From Parcubacteria group bacterium Gr01-1014_31 (GTDB lineage: Bacteria > Patescibacteriota > Patescibacteriia > Buchananbacterales > GWA2-38-13), in assembly GCA_007376135.1 (NCBI GenBank), contig VMFR01000002.1, forward strand, positions 221,870 to 285,869: a stretch of DNA of 64,000 nucleotides, given 5' to 3'. The notes beneath the pieces are model-generated. The model was not told where the DNA came from. It searched no databases and saw nothing but the letters and a program-made list of their open reading frames with translations. Below, piece after piece: positions 1 through 9,562 of the stretch. The number at the start of each line of letters is the position of its first letter. Within the stretch, counting starts at the first letter, position 1. The position numbers and the translations under genes were made by a program.

Positions 1-81
1 TTTTGACGGATGCCCATGGCTTTGCTAGGGTACGTTCGCGCTGCGGTTTTGCACCTTTTACCATTTATTACGGAGGTACGC

Positions 82-366
82 GTGGCGAAGTCACGTTCAC
101 CCTACGACCGGGCGGTTCTTGCCCGGCTGACCCAGGAGCTTGATATCGAGCTCCAAAGCATTTTTGCCGGGCTCTTGCAGGCCGCGGATCCTGACGAGGA
201 GGTGCTCGCTATCTTTGCAGGGATGCCGCCGCTCGTGCAGCAGATGCATTTTCGCAAGGCGATTTCCAAGCTCGGCGCGACGTTCACTCCGCAAGCCGGA
301 GAACCCGAACCGGAGGACGCCGAGTCCCCGGAAGAATCCAAAGAGGAGCACGATGAGGAACAGTAA
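82..366 (+). CDS. Hypothetical protein with acidic C-terminal tail
   Basis: ORF 10..366. GGAGG at ~72-76 precedes GTG at 82, and a terminator follows. Confidence 0.6.
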   Translation: MAKSRSPYDRAVLARLTQELDIELQSIFAGLLQAADPDEEVLAIFAGMPPLVQQMHFRKAISKLGATFTPQAGEPEPEDAESPEESKEEHDEEQ

Positions 367-389
367 CCATTCCTCTGCACTCCCCGCAG

Positions 390-414
390 CGTGGCCGCAA
401 GGCCACGTTTTTTT
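390..414 (+). terminator. Rho-independent terminator
   Basis: CGTGGCC-GCAA-GGCCACG followed by a T run. Confidence 0.75.
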
Positions 415-591
415 ATTTCCACTCCTCCGCAGCAAGAGAGTTAACGACCGCAGCGAGAAAGGCGTGGAAATAACCCCGCATCAAGGTTGCCGTGTTCAGC
501 GGTGGAGCCATTTTTTTACATCGCGCGGAACAAAAAAACAACCCAGTGCGCGGGGCGGATAGCCCCACTCCGTTGTGGGCGCAGCACTGGG
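411..591. repeat. Structured intergenic element, copy 1 (homologous to 13855-14034)
   Basis: Two conserved modules shared with the 13.9 kb copy, with compensatory stem changes. Confidence 0.7.
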
Positions 592-649
592 CCGTAACCT
601 GCCTGCAACCTTAGTGCTGGGGTTAATTTTATCGGGATTACCCCACTAC

Positions 650-1399
650 TCACGCCACGACGCCGAACATCAGGTACAGGTCGTAGGCGGTGTGGGACAG
701 CGCGACCACGCCGTACCCGCGCGCCACGTACAGCCCCGACAGCAGCAAACTGGACGTGAAGATGGAGATGAGGCCGCCGATGCCAACGGAACCCAGGTGT
801 AACAGCATGAACAGCACCGACGACACCAGCACCGCGCGGGTTGTGGCCGCCGGGTCGTCCCCCAGCGCGCTGCCGGGCTTGGCCCACAGGCGATACAGCA
901 TCGCCAGCAGCAACACCCGGAACAGCAGTTCTTCAAAAATGCCCGCGCCGACGGCGGCAACGATCTTTGCCCAGGCGGAGTCCAGGCCTTGGATGGCGAG
1001 CTGCTGGACCACTCCAGGGTTGGGCGTGAACGTGAAGAAGCGGGGCAAGCTGCGCGACAGCATCACATGCACGAGAATCGCGAGCACGATACCCAACACC
1101 GCCGCTTCCAGGAACATTCCCAGAACATACCGCGGCGTGATGCGTACCCGTTGCCGTTTGAGGTAGATGAGAAAACTGACGGCCAGTCCGCCCACCACGC
1201 CACTCAGCAGCCACGTGCCGTACGATAGCCCGAAGAAGCCGGCGATGGAGGCCAAGGCGATCCGCAACAGCGCGTCGGCGCCGTTCAGGGCGTTCCCCAG
1301 CGCGCCTTGCCAGATGCCGTACTCGTAGAGCGCCAAGAGCGGGAGCGTTGCAACCACACCGTAGCCAAAGCGTTTGGAATCCTGCGCGTAGCTGCTCAT
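650..1399 (-). CDS. CPBP (CAAX/Abi) family intramembrane metalloprotease
   Basis: EELLFR, F-x-L-L-H and HTAYD motifs with multiple TM helices. Start taken at MSSYAQ. Confidence 0.85.
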   Translation of the reverse strand: MSSYAQDSKRFGYGVVATLPLLALYEYGIWQGALGNALNGADALLRIALASIAGFFGLSYGTWLLSGVVGGLAVSFLIYLKRQRVRITPRYVLGMFLEAAVLGIVLAILVHVMLSRSLPRFFTFTPNPGVVQQLAIQGLDSAWAKIVAAVGAGIFEELLFRVLLLAMLYRLWAKPGSALGDDPAATTRAVLVSSVLFMLLHLGSVGIGGLISIFTSSLLLSGLYVARGYGVVALSHTAYDLYLMFGVVA

Positions 1400-1875
1400 C
1401 GTGGTGCGGGGTAGACCACCAGCATCCGCCGTACCCGCAATGCCGTTCGCGACGGAACATCGGTACCGCGGAAGATGAACCAGATGCGGCGGAAGGTGGT
1501 CCATGGTATCCGCCGGACAAGGCCGCCATCAGGGTCATGGAGGGTCAGGGTTCCCTTCGCGACATTCGCAACCACGGCAAAGTGGCTTTCATCACCGGAA
1601 AACCAGTCGACGATGACCGGTATGCGGCGTATCACTACCCAGCGCCGCAGGTCGGCCAGTGTCGCGTGGTCTTTGATGTTCCCCGTTAGGCCGAGACCGC
1701 GTGCCGCGCCTAATAATCGTTCGGCCGTCACGCCGCGAGCGCGCGTGCACCGTGACTGTCGCGCCAATTCCGTTTCCGTTTTTTTGATGTCAAAATACGC
1801 CAGCACCATCCGAAGCGCGGTGGGGCCGCAGTAGCCGGGGGTTTGGCGGTAGACAGGCAGGCGGCGCATCGTCAT
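1396..1875 (-). CDS. C39-like cysteine peptidase
   Basis: Q-TPGYCGP...HFAVV...HDP catalytic pattern. Confidence 0.8.
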   Translation of the reverse strand: MTMRRLPVYRQTPGYCGPTALRMVLAYFDIKKTETELARQSRCTRARGVTAERLLGAARGLGLTGNIKDHATLADLRRWVVIRRIPVIVDWFSGDESHFAVVANVAKGTLTLHDPDGGLVRRIPWTTFRRIWFIFRGTDVPSRTALRVRRMLVVYPAPR

Positions 1876-2981
1876 TGGTTGAAGCGTAACGTGCCGAGAA
1901 GGTCGCTGTACACGGCTGTTGGCAGCGTCGGATTTTGCGCCACCACGTAGAACACCGACCGGCCGGGATTGGCGCGCAGGTCGGTCACGATATGCCGCGC
2001 GTTTCTCCACGCTGGCTGGTACGGAAAATCCGGCACTTCCGGTTTTTTCTCAAGGTCGTAGCGGATGAGGTCGTAGCCGTTGATCTGGCCATCCTTGGTT
2101 TGGTGGATGGTGACCGTATCGAGCGTGAGGAAGGTATCGGCGGTGAACGTACGGATAAACACGTTGGAACGCGCGCGGGCAATACCCTTTCCGGTGAGCG
2201 TAAAAAGATTGAGCGATTGGATCTGCGGCACGTACTCCACGGCCCAGCCGGCGGGCAGCTGAAAACTCATGCCGTCGAACGTCGGGTGCGGGGCGGGCGT
2301 ACCATTGGCGCCGTAGCGGATCTCGCGGGCGGGTGGTAGCACATCCAATCCTTTCGCGAGGAAGAAATCCGTCGGGTTCAGATAGTCGCCCAGCGCTGCT
2401 TCAGTTTGGGCATAGCCAGCCAGTTTTTCTCCGTCGCCATCCCATAAATGAAAGTGGAGGTGCTTGCGCTCGCCGTCGGTTTCCGAAGATTTGTGGTCGC
2501 CGAGTATTGCGATCTGCTCGCCCGCCTTTACCTTGGTGCCCGTCGCTCTGGCGGAGTTCAGGTCCAGGTGGCCATAGAGGGCGGAAACCGTTCTTCCCGC
2601 CACCGTGTGGCGGATGATGAGCATGCCGCCGTAGCCATTCACCCGCCGCGCGGCAACCACCTCGCCGTCGGCGATGGCAAAGACCGGCACGTCTTTGGAA
2701 ATGTCCGCGTACTCAATATCGTCGCCCGTATGGTAGCCGCGGAAGCGGTCCTGTACATACTGGCCGTAGACTTTGAAGGTGCGCCGCTCGCGATAGCCGG
2801 CGATGGGCAGGACGACCGCGGTGCTGGGGATGGGCGAGGGTTGTGGCGTTGCGGTCGGCTGCAATGCAGGGGTTGCCGACGGTCCGGGGGTGACGGTTGG
2901 CGAAACGACCGTCTGCCGATTTGCCGGCACGCAACCGGCGGTAAAGATAACGATGAGGGCGGCAAGTATTATTTTTTTCAT
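1872..2981 (-). CDS. M23 family peptidase lipoprotein
   Basis: Lipobox FTAGC, Pro/Thr linker, HTGDD and HLHF motifs. Confidence 0.85.
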   Translation of the reverse strand: MKKIILAALIVIFTAGCVPANRQTVVSPTVTPGPSATPALQPTATPQPSPIPSTAVVLPIAGYRERRTFKVYGQYVQDRFRGYHTGDDIEYADISKDVPVFAIADGEVVAARRVNGYGGMLIIRHTVAGRTVSALYGHLDLNSARATGTKVKAGEQIAILGDHKSSETDGERKHLHFHLWDGDGEKLAGYAQTEAALGDYLNPTDFFLAKGLDVLPPAREIRYGANGTPAPHPTFDGMSFQLPAGWAVEYVPQIQSLNLFTLTGKGIARARSNVFIRTFTADTFLTLDTVTIHQTKDGQINGYDLIRYDLEKKPEVPDFPYQPAWRNARHIVTDLRANPGRSVFYVVAQNPTLPTAVYSDLLGTLRFNQ

Positions 2982-3007
2982 ATCTTGAGACCGTGAAAAA
3001 ACATGGC

Positions 3008-3082
3008 TATTCTTCTAGCGGAGCGAAGCGGAGTCGAGAAGTGAGCAAATTTTTTTGCTTCTCGACAATCTCGAAGAATAAA
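3008..3082. repeat. REP-like imperfect palindrome
   Basis: TATTCTT...GCGGAGCGAAGCGGAGTCGAGAAG...CTTCTCGAC...AAGAATA. Confidence 0.5.
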
Positions 3083-3117
3083 ATTTTGTTGTGGTGTTCA
3101 TTTTTCAACCACTCATC

Positions 3118-4836
3118 TTACTTGGGGGGAGGGGCTATGAGTTGCGGGAAACGTGTTGCCGGAATGGTCCAAAGCGTAAATTGCGGGTCGGCGGCAGTAC
3201 CGATGACCGCGGTGGGCGTGCTGGAGGCAAGCCCGAGCTGTTGGGCAAACCACTCCGCGCTTTCGGTTCTCTTCTCGGTCGTCCGCTCCAAGAGCGTGTT
3301 GCCGACGACCAGTAGCACCTGGGTGCCGGTGGCCTGCGGCACAAGCGCAGCAAATTGGCCTTCCTCCAGGGCGGTTTTCAGCCCGTCCGTGGAAATCGCG
3401 GTCCAGCCGTGGTAGAGCGTGCGCCGCAGAAAGTACCACAGCGGGGTCGGCCAGGCCAGGTCGGCGTCGTAGGCGATGACCAGCGGCTTCATGGTTTTGT
3501 CGCGGTCGCGCGCATAGCCGCGGTCAATAGCTTTTTGCAGTACGGGGTACTGGACGCTGGCAGCTTGCCGGGGTTTGAATCCATCTACTTGCTGTCGCAG
3601 GATGTCATCCAGCTGTTGGTAGCCGAAGCTGCCGCTGTCGCGCCGCAGGATGGAAAAACTCCACCGGTTACCTGATAGGTAGCTGTCGGAAAATGTATTG
3701 ACCCAGGTGTAATAGCCGTCGTAGCCGACCAGCAGGAATAGTCCAGCGACCAGCGCCGGGCGTCCCCATCCCGGCAGCCGCGGGAAAATTTCCGTCCCGG
3801 CAACGGCGACGGCAAGCAGGAGCCACGGCGCCAGCAGCACCAAAAAACGCGGGCTGGGACCGATGACCAACAGGAGCAGCGCGGTCCAAATGATTCCTAA
3901 GAGCACAAAGGCCGCAGGTTTTTGTCTCCAGACGAAGAGCAAAATGAAAATAGCGAGCGCGGCGGCGGCAATCAGTACGGGCGATGCCGTCTGCCAGAGC
4001 GTCGGCGCGAAATTCGCCAGGCGTTCCGCCATGGTTCCTATCTCCTTGCCCGGCAAATGCCGCCACGCGGGCACATCAATACCCAGTAGCGTGGACAGCT
4101 GCAGGTCAAAGTGCTTGCGGTCCAGGTACAGCGCGACGTTGTAGATGGTCAGCGGCAGCGTGACCAACCCCTGCAATCCTTGGCCGATCCAGAACGGCTT
4201 GGCGTAAAACGCGCGGCGTTCGAACAGGAGCAGGTAGGAAATGGCGAGCGGCAGAAAGAAAACGACCGTGTACTTGGACATGAGCGCCAGGCCGTACACC
4301 GTCCAGACGGCGTACCACAGCCGCGGCCGTTCCAGCGCGCACAGGAACAGGTAGACTGCCCACAGCAGCATCGCGAGCGTCACACTTTCCTGCAGGCCGA
4401 GCCGCGACGGCCATACGAGATAGAGTTCCGTCGCGCCCAGCGCGGCCGCGCAAAGTCCTGCAGCATTGCTCTTCAGTTTGCGGCCAAGCACATAGAGCAG
4501 GTAGATGACCGCAATGCCGGCGATGGCGGAGGGCATGCGCAACCCCCAAGCGTTCTCGCCAAACATTCGCAGCGAGAAATGCTGCAGCACGAACGTCAGC
4601 GGCGGGTGATCGTGGAAAGAGAGGTACGCCCACCAGGGCTGCACATCGTACCACTCGGCGGGCGTTCCTTGCGCCTGCGTGCCCAGGAAGTCCAGGTAGC
4701 CCAGCGACCGGATGCCGTAGAACGCTTCGTCGGTCACCACGTCGGCATGGCCCAGCTGCCAGAACCGCAAAAATCCGGCCACCAGGAGGATGGAGAGCAA
4801 AATGAGGGTCGAGCTTTTTGGCTTGACGCGGGTCAT
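3118..4836 (-). CDS. GT-C fold (ArnT/PMT-like, GT39/83) glycosyltransferase
   Basis: TDEAFY, DHPPL, GLALMSKY motifs in a polytopic membrane protein. Start taken at MTRVKP. Confidence 0.85.
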   Translation of the reverse strand: MTRVKPKSSTLILLSILLVAGFLRFWQLGHADVVTDEAFYGIRSLGYLDFLGTQAQGTPAEWYDVQPWWAYLSFHDHPPLTFVLQHFSLRMFGENAWGLRMPSAIAGIAVIYLLYVLGRKLKSNAAGLCAAALGATELYLVWPSRLGLQESVTLAMLLWAVYLFLCALERPRLWYAVWTVYGLALMSKYTVVFFLPLAISYLLLFERRAFYAKPFWIGQGLQGLVTLPLTIYNVALYLDRKHFDLQLSTLLGIDVPAWRHLPGKEIGTMAERLANFAPTLWQTASPVLIAAAALAIFILLFVWRQKPAAFVLLGIIWTALLLLVIGPSPRFLVLLAPWLLLAVAVAGTEIFPRLPGWGRPALVAGLFLLVGYDGYYTWVNTFSDSYLSGNRWSFSILRRDSGSFGYQQLDDILRQQVDGFKPRQAASVQYPVLQKAIDRGYARDRDKTMKPLVIAYDADLAWPTPLWYFLRRTLYHGWTAISTDGLKTALEEGQFAALVPQATGTQVLLVVGNTLLERTTEKRTESAEWFAQQLGLASSTPTAVIGTAADPQFTLWTIPATRFPQLIAPPPK

Positions 4837-4978
4837 GCGAGAGTAATGATAGCAACCGTTGCAGCTCTTGGCGAAAAAATCAGCAAGTGTTTCCCTTGAC
4901 AATTTCTGGTTTTTCCTGTAGTGTTGACTATTCGTGTCGTTTTTTTGACAACCCCAACCGTTCCAAGGATCAGATACC

Positions 4979-5836
4979 ATGCGAAACGCCATTTCGCTCC
5001 TTGTGTTACTAACGATGACGTCGTCTGCCGCCGGGCAGGATCCGCCACCGGCACCCTCCGCGCCATCGCCCGCGGTGCCTGAACCAGCGCCTCCCGTGTG
5101 GGATTGGCGCGACCCGTTGCTCTCCGACGGCCCCCGCTGGCAGCCGCACGGCCGCGTCTCCTTCACGCTCCAGCAGCGCTACCTTGCGCTGAGGGTTTCG
5201 CGGTCGCTACACGATTCGTGGCAACTGTGGACCGACGCGTCGTTCGACCTGCCCCAGGGATTTTACCTTGGTTTGTGGCACTACATGGGCTTGGACGACA
5301 ACGACCTGTCTTCCAACGGCGGTGACGAGCTTGATCCCTACCTGGGCTGGAAAGGAACGATCGCCAGTCTGGACTTTCGCTTGGAAACCATCTACTTCAA
5401 CCTCCACCCCGTGGAACACTGGTATCGCGGCGATACCTGGGCTCAATCCTCGGCCGTGTCCAAAAAGTTCGACCTGTCCGCGGACCACACGCTTCGTTTG
5501 GAGGTCCAAGTTGACTGGTTGTCCAAGGCCGACGATTTTTCCAATGGCGCGTTGGTCCTACTGCCCAATGCCACTCACGAGTGGCAAGCTCCGTTCGGTA
5601 TCAACACGCTCATGTTCAGCCAAAAAACCTGGCTGGCGTGGGATGATGGATTCGACGGTCCCGGCAATAGTTCCGATGGACTTTTCCTCCGCTACAACGC
5701 GGGACTGCACTGGGAGCTCAAACCGGATATCACCCTGATGTTTCCCGGCTTTACCGCGCTGATAGCGCTCACCGATCCTCACGACGGCCGTGAAAGCGCC
5801 GTGGCCCTGAATTTCGGCCTGAAGTTCAGTTTCTAG
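4979..5836 (+). CDS. Secreted protein with beta-barrel-like features
   Basis: Signal peptide, Pro-rich linker, alternating amphipathic strands, C-terminal GLKFSF. Confidence 0.6.
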   Translation: MRNAISLLVLLTMTSSAAGQDPPPAPSAPSPAVPEPAPPVWDWRDPLLSDGPRWQPHGRVSFTLQQRYLALRVSRSLHDSWQLWTDASFDLPQGFYLGLWHYMGLDDNDLSSNGGDELDPYLGWKGTIASLDFRLETIYFNLHPVEHWYRGDTWAQSSAVSKKFDLSADHTLRLEVQVDWLSKADDFSNGALVLLPNATHEWQAPFGINTLMFSQKTWLAWDDGFDGPGNSSDGLFLRYNAGLHWELKPDITLMFPGFTALIALTDPHDGRESAVALNFGLKFSF

Positions 5837-5928
5837 CGGCCACCGCACGTTACTTTAGTAATCCGCAAGAGCGCCCGCCGGCGCTCTTTCCTTTTTACCG
5901 TTGATTGTTATGATGACGGTTATTATCC

Positions 5929-7179
5929 ATGCAAACTTTTGTCCGCAAGAATCCGCTCGCCGTCATCTTTTTGACGGTTTTTGTTGACCTACTGGGGTAC
6001 GGCATCCTTATTCCGGTGGTGCCGCTGCTGCTGACCGACCCGGTCTCGCCGTACTACCTGTTGCCGGCCGGCTGGTCGGTCGGGCAGGGCTATTTTTTGT
6101 TGGGCGTGCTGCTCGCGACCTACCCGTTGGGGCAATTTTTTGCCGCTCCCATCCTGGGTCAATTGTCCGACCAGTTCGGCCGCAAGAGAATCCTTGCCGT
6201 GTCGCTGGCCGGCACGTGTCTGGGCTATGTGCTCTTCGCGGTCGGGGTCGTTTTGCACAACATACCCTTGCTGTTTGCGTCGCGCCTGCTGGACGGGTTG
6301 ACGGGCGGTAATTTCGCCGTCGCGATGGCGTCCATAGCCGATGTCAGCAAACCCGAGCACCGCGCCAAGAACTTCGGGCTCATCGGCGCGGCGTTCGGCC
6401 TCGGGTTCATCCTCGGGCCGTACTTGGGCGGCAAGCTGTCCGACCCGAATGTTCTCGTCTGGTTTTCCGCCTCGACGCCATTCTGGTTTGCCGCCGGTTT
6501 GAGCCTGCTCAACATCATCTCCATTCTTGCGTTCTTTCCCGAGACCCACCAGACGCGCGCTCCCTGGTCGGCCTTGGATTGGGGAAAGTCGGTGAAGAAT
6601 ATTTTTGCCGCGTTCAAAATACCGGGCGTGCAACTGCTGTTTGCAACGACGTTCCTCATCAACGCCGGTTTCACGTTCTTCATCACCTTCTTCAGCGTGT
6701 TTATGATCAAGCGGTTCGGGTTCCAGCAGGGCGAGATCGGGGATTTTTTCTCGTACATCGGCCTGTGGATCGTCATTACACAGGGAATCATCGTGCGGCA
6801 GCTCGCCGGTCGTTTCCCCGAGGCAAGCATTCTGAAGTTCAGCATTCCGGTGCTTGGCGTGGCGGTCCTGCTGCACTTTTTGCCGAACGGGTGGTCCGGG
6901 CTGCTGCTCGTTGCCCCGGTGCTGGCGGTTGCCAACGGACTGACCCAGGCCAATCTTTCCGCGCTCATCAGCCGTTCGGTGGGGCCCGAGGTCCAAGGCG
7001 AGGTAATGGGCATTACGTCCAGTTTGGCGGCGGTGGCGCAAACCGTCCCGCCGCTGCTGTCTGGGGTCATCGCCGCGGCGCTGTCCCCGGCCGCGCCCAT
7101 TGCGGTCGGCGCCCTGGTGCTGCTCCTGGCGGGTGTGCTGTTTACCCTGCACTACCGCCCCGCCGCGGTATCAACTTAA
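5929..7179 (+). CDS. MFS transporter, TetA/DHA1-like
   Basis: Motif A GQLSDQFGRK, motif C GAAFGLGFILGP, about 12 TM segments. Confidence 0.9.
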   Translation: MQTFVRKNPLAVIFLTVFVDLLGYGILIPVVPLLLTDPVSPYYLLPAGWSVGQGYFLLGVLLATYPLGQFFAAPILGQLSDQFGRKRILAVSLAGTCLGYVLFAVGVVLHNIPLLFASRLLDGLTGGNFAVAMASIADVSKPEHRAKNFGLIGAAFGLGFILGPYLGGKLSDPNVLVWFSASTPFWFAAGLSLLNIISILAFFPETHQTRAPWSALDWGKSVKNIFAAFKIPGVQLLFATTFLINAGFTFFITFFSVFMIKRFGFQQGEIGDFFSYIGLWIVITQGIIVRQLAGRFPEASILKFSIPVLGVAVLLHFLPNGWSGLLLVAPVLAVANGLTQANLSALISRSVGPEVQGEVMGITSSLAAVAQTVPPLLSGVIAAALSPAAPIAVGALVLLLAGVLFTLHYRPAAVST

Positions 7180-7382
7180 CGCGCAATCAAAACCATTCTC
7201 TAATTCCCCGTCATTCGACGGGCAGGCGCGCTCGCCCCGCCATCGGCGGGGAATTAGAGAATGGTTACGGTCAATAAAACCGGCTCTGATTGGCCGGTGT
7301 TTTTTTAAAAAAAGGGGGAGGATGGGGGTGAGGACCATCCTCCCGAAACGAGAAAAGGAGTGAACCGAAAGGACGGAGCGCG

Positions 7383-7589
7383 TCAGGGGACGGTTTCAGC
7401 AACCGTAATGGTTTCCTCGATGACGAGGATACCTTCGACGGACGTGCCGTTGGTGGGCGGCGGGCCAGGGCCGGCCGCAGCATTTGCATTGGGTGATACA
7501 TCCACGATGTATCCACAGCGTTCTCATATATAGGCAAACCCCCAGTCATGGGTGAACATCATCCACCCTCGGCATTTGATACACCACAT
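7383..7589 (-). CDS. Small Zn-ribbon protein with in-frame UGA at a Cys position (possible selenoprotein or pseudogene)
   Basis: AGGAGGTG SD. Reads MWCIKC-x15-(UGA)ERCGY...; not in the ORF track. Confidence 0.5.
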
Positions 7590-7713
7590 CGGGCATCACC
7601 TCCTCGGGTGTGATTGTCAATGAAGCGAAAAATAGACGCCAATCGACTGTTTCCATTGTATAACCAACACCGCCGGTCGGGAACGCCGGCGGTGTCAAGA
7701 GGTTGGTCTGTCG

Positions 7714-9474
7714 TCAAACGATGAACCCGCCGGCCTGCAGTTCCCACAGCTGGCGGTAGAGCCCGCCGGATGTCTTAACCAGCTCGGCGTGGGTGCCGAC
7801 TTCGTGGATCGCGCCGTCGCGTACGACGACGATCCGGTTCATCTTATTGATGGTGGACAGCCGGTGCGCGATGACGATGGTGGTTTTGCCTTCCATCAGT
7901 TTGGCGAGCGCCTGCTGGATGAGCTGCTCGGCGTGCGAGTCTAGGCTGGAGGTAGCTTCATCCAGGACCAGAATGGGGGCGTTCTTCAGGATGGCGCGGG
8001 CAATGGCCACGCGTTGGCGTTCCCCGCCCGATAGTTTGACCCCGCGTTCGCCCACGTACGTGTCATACCCGGCAGGCAATTGTGAGATGAATTCATCGCA
8101 GTGCGCGGCACTGGCCGCCGCCTTGACCTGCTCGATGGTGGCGTCGCGGTTGCCGTAGCGGATGTTTTCCAGCAGCGTCCGGTGGAAGAGGATGGGGTCC
8201 TGGGGCACGAAGGAGATCTGCGACCGCAGCGATTCCTGGGTCACATCGGCGATGTTCTGCCCGTCGATGAGGATCCTACCGTCCGTCACATCGTAGAAGC
8301 GGAACAGCAGGGCCACGAGCGTGGTTTTGCCCGCGCCCGAGGGGCCGACCAGCCCGACTTTTTCGCCCGGAGCGATGGAAAGGTCAAAACCTTTGATGAT
8401 CTGGCGCGTGGACGAGTAGTCGAAACGGACCTGCCGGAAATCCAGTGCGCCGCGGGAAACGCGCAGCGGCGTTGCCACCGGTTTGTTCTGTACATCGTGC
8501 GGCATATTGAGCACCTCTACCATTTCCTGGGCGTTGGCCAGTCCCTTGTAGAGGTCGCGGATGATGCGGCCGAAATCCCAGAGCCGGTGCAAGAGCTGCA
8601 GCAGGTAGGTTTGGATGAGGACGAAGTCGCCGATGGTCAGCTGTCCGCGCCGCCACCAGCGGACCGCAATGTAGAACATGGAGAACTCCAGCGCCAGCAT
8701 CAACAGCGACTGCAGCGCCCACATCAGGCCATCCAGGTCCCAGGTAAAGCGGGTGATCGCGCGCTGGCGTTCGGTCAGCTTGCCGAACTCCGTCTGTTCG
8801 TGCCCATGCGCGGTGAACAGCTTGATGTTGGCGTTGTTGGTGATGCTGTCGGCCAGCCGCGCGGTGACGGCCGTGTCGGCCGCGGCGCGCTGTTCTTCAA
8901 AGCGGAGCTTGTACAGTGTGAAGACGTAGTTGATCCCCAGGTACAACACCGTCCAGCCCAGTAGAATGCCGGCCAGCGCCGGGCTGCGTGCGCCCAGCAC
9001 CAGGAGGATGGCAATGATGCGGACGGCCAGCGGTCCCAGCTCCCAGTAGACGCGGTCGGACACGTTTTCGAACGAGTCCACCAGGCGGTTGACCTTGCGT
9101 ACCAGCGACCCGACGAAGCGGCTGATGAAGAATCCGTACGAATGGCCGTGCAGGTAGGCAAAGCACGAATTGGCGAGGTCGGCCATCACCCGCGGTTGAA
9201 GGAAATTGTTGCCGAATACGGCGACGCGCCACAGCCCCCAGGTGATGATGTTGAGCCAGAGGATATTGAAGAGGATGCCGACCAGTACGCCGGCGGTTGC
9301 GCCCTGGTGGTCGCCGGTTGAGAGTATGTCGAAGAACCGCTTGTAGGACAGCGGGATGATGGTTTCCAACACCACGGCCATCACCAGCGCGATCACCATA
9401 ACGGTGACCAGCGCCCGGTAGCGGCGGGCATGGTGCCAGAAGAGCTGGTAGGTCTGTCGAGTAACCGGTTGCAT
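7714..9474 (-). CDS. ABC transporter ATP-binding/permease fusion (exporter)
   Basis: TM domain plus Walker A GPSGAGKT, signature LSGGE, Walker B ILVLDE. Confidence 0.95.
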   Translation of the reverse strand: MQPVTRQTYQLFWHHARRYRALVTVMVIALVMAVVLETIIPLSYKRFFDILSTGDHQGATAGVLVGILFNILWLNIITWGLWRVAVFGNNFLQPRVMADLANSCFAYLHGHSYGFFISRFVGSLVRKVNRLVDSFENVSDRVYWELGPLAVRIIAILLVLGARSPALAGILLGWTVLYLGINYVFTLYKLRFEEQRAAADTAVTARLADSITNNANIKLFTAHGHEQTEFGKLTERQRAITRFTWDLDGLMWALQSLLMLALEFSMFYIAVRWWRRGQLTIGDFVLIQTYLLQLLHRLWDFGRIIRDLYKGLANAQEMVEVLNMPHDVQNKPVATPLRVSRGALDFRQVRFDYSSTRQIIKGFDLSIAPGEKVGLVGPSGAGKTTLVALLFRFYDVTDGRILIDGQNIADVTQESLRSQISFVPQDPILFHRTLLENIRYGNRDATIEQVKAAASAAHCDEFISQLPAGYDTYVGERGVKLSGGERQRVAIARAILKNAPILVLDEATSSLDSHAEQLIQQALAKLMEGKTTIVIAHRLSTINKMNRIVVVRDGAIHEVGTHAELVKTSGGLYRQLWELQAGGFIV

Positions 9475-9562
9475 GGCGAAAAAACGCTCAGCCGCCGGCA
9501 CGCGGCCGCAGGTCTACCCATATAGACGAACCGGAGCCGGCCGGCGTTACGGAACGCGCACG

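Noticed and set aside
4837-5166. N-terminal extension of the GT-C ORF (and similar extensions on trxB, argB, DUF167 and ProX)
   Set aside because: These overlap neighbouring genes or promoters. Downstream starts fit the family lengths better.
7524-7526. Genome-wide UGA reassignment (genetic code 25)
   Set aside because: Many clear genes here (argB, VanW, rnhB, the ABC transporter) end at TGA in the expected position.
7271-7549. 92-aa ORF from the track
   Set aside because: It has no SD and runs through a terminator-like region. The overlapping SD-led Zn-ribbon frame is more plausible.
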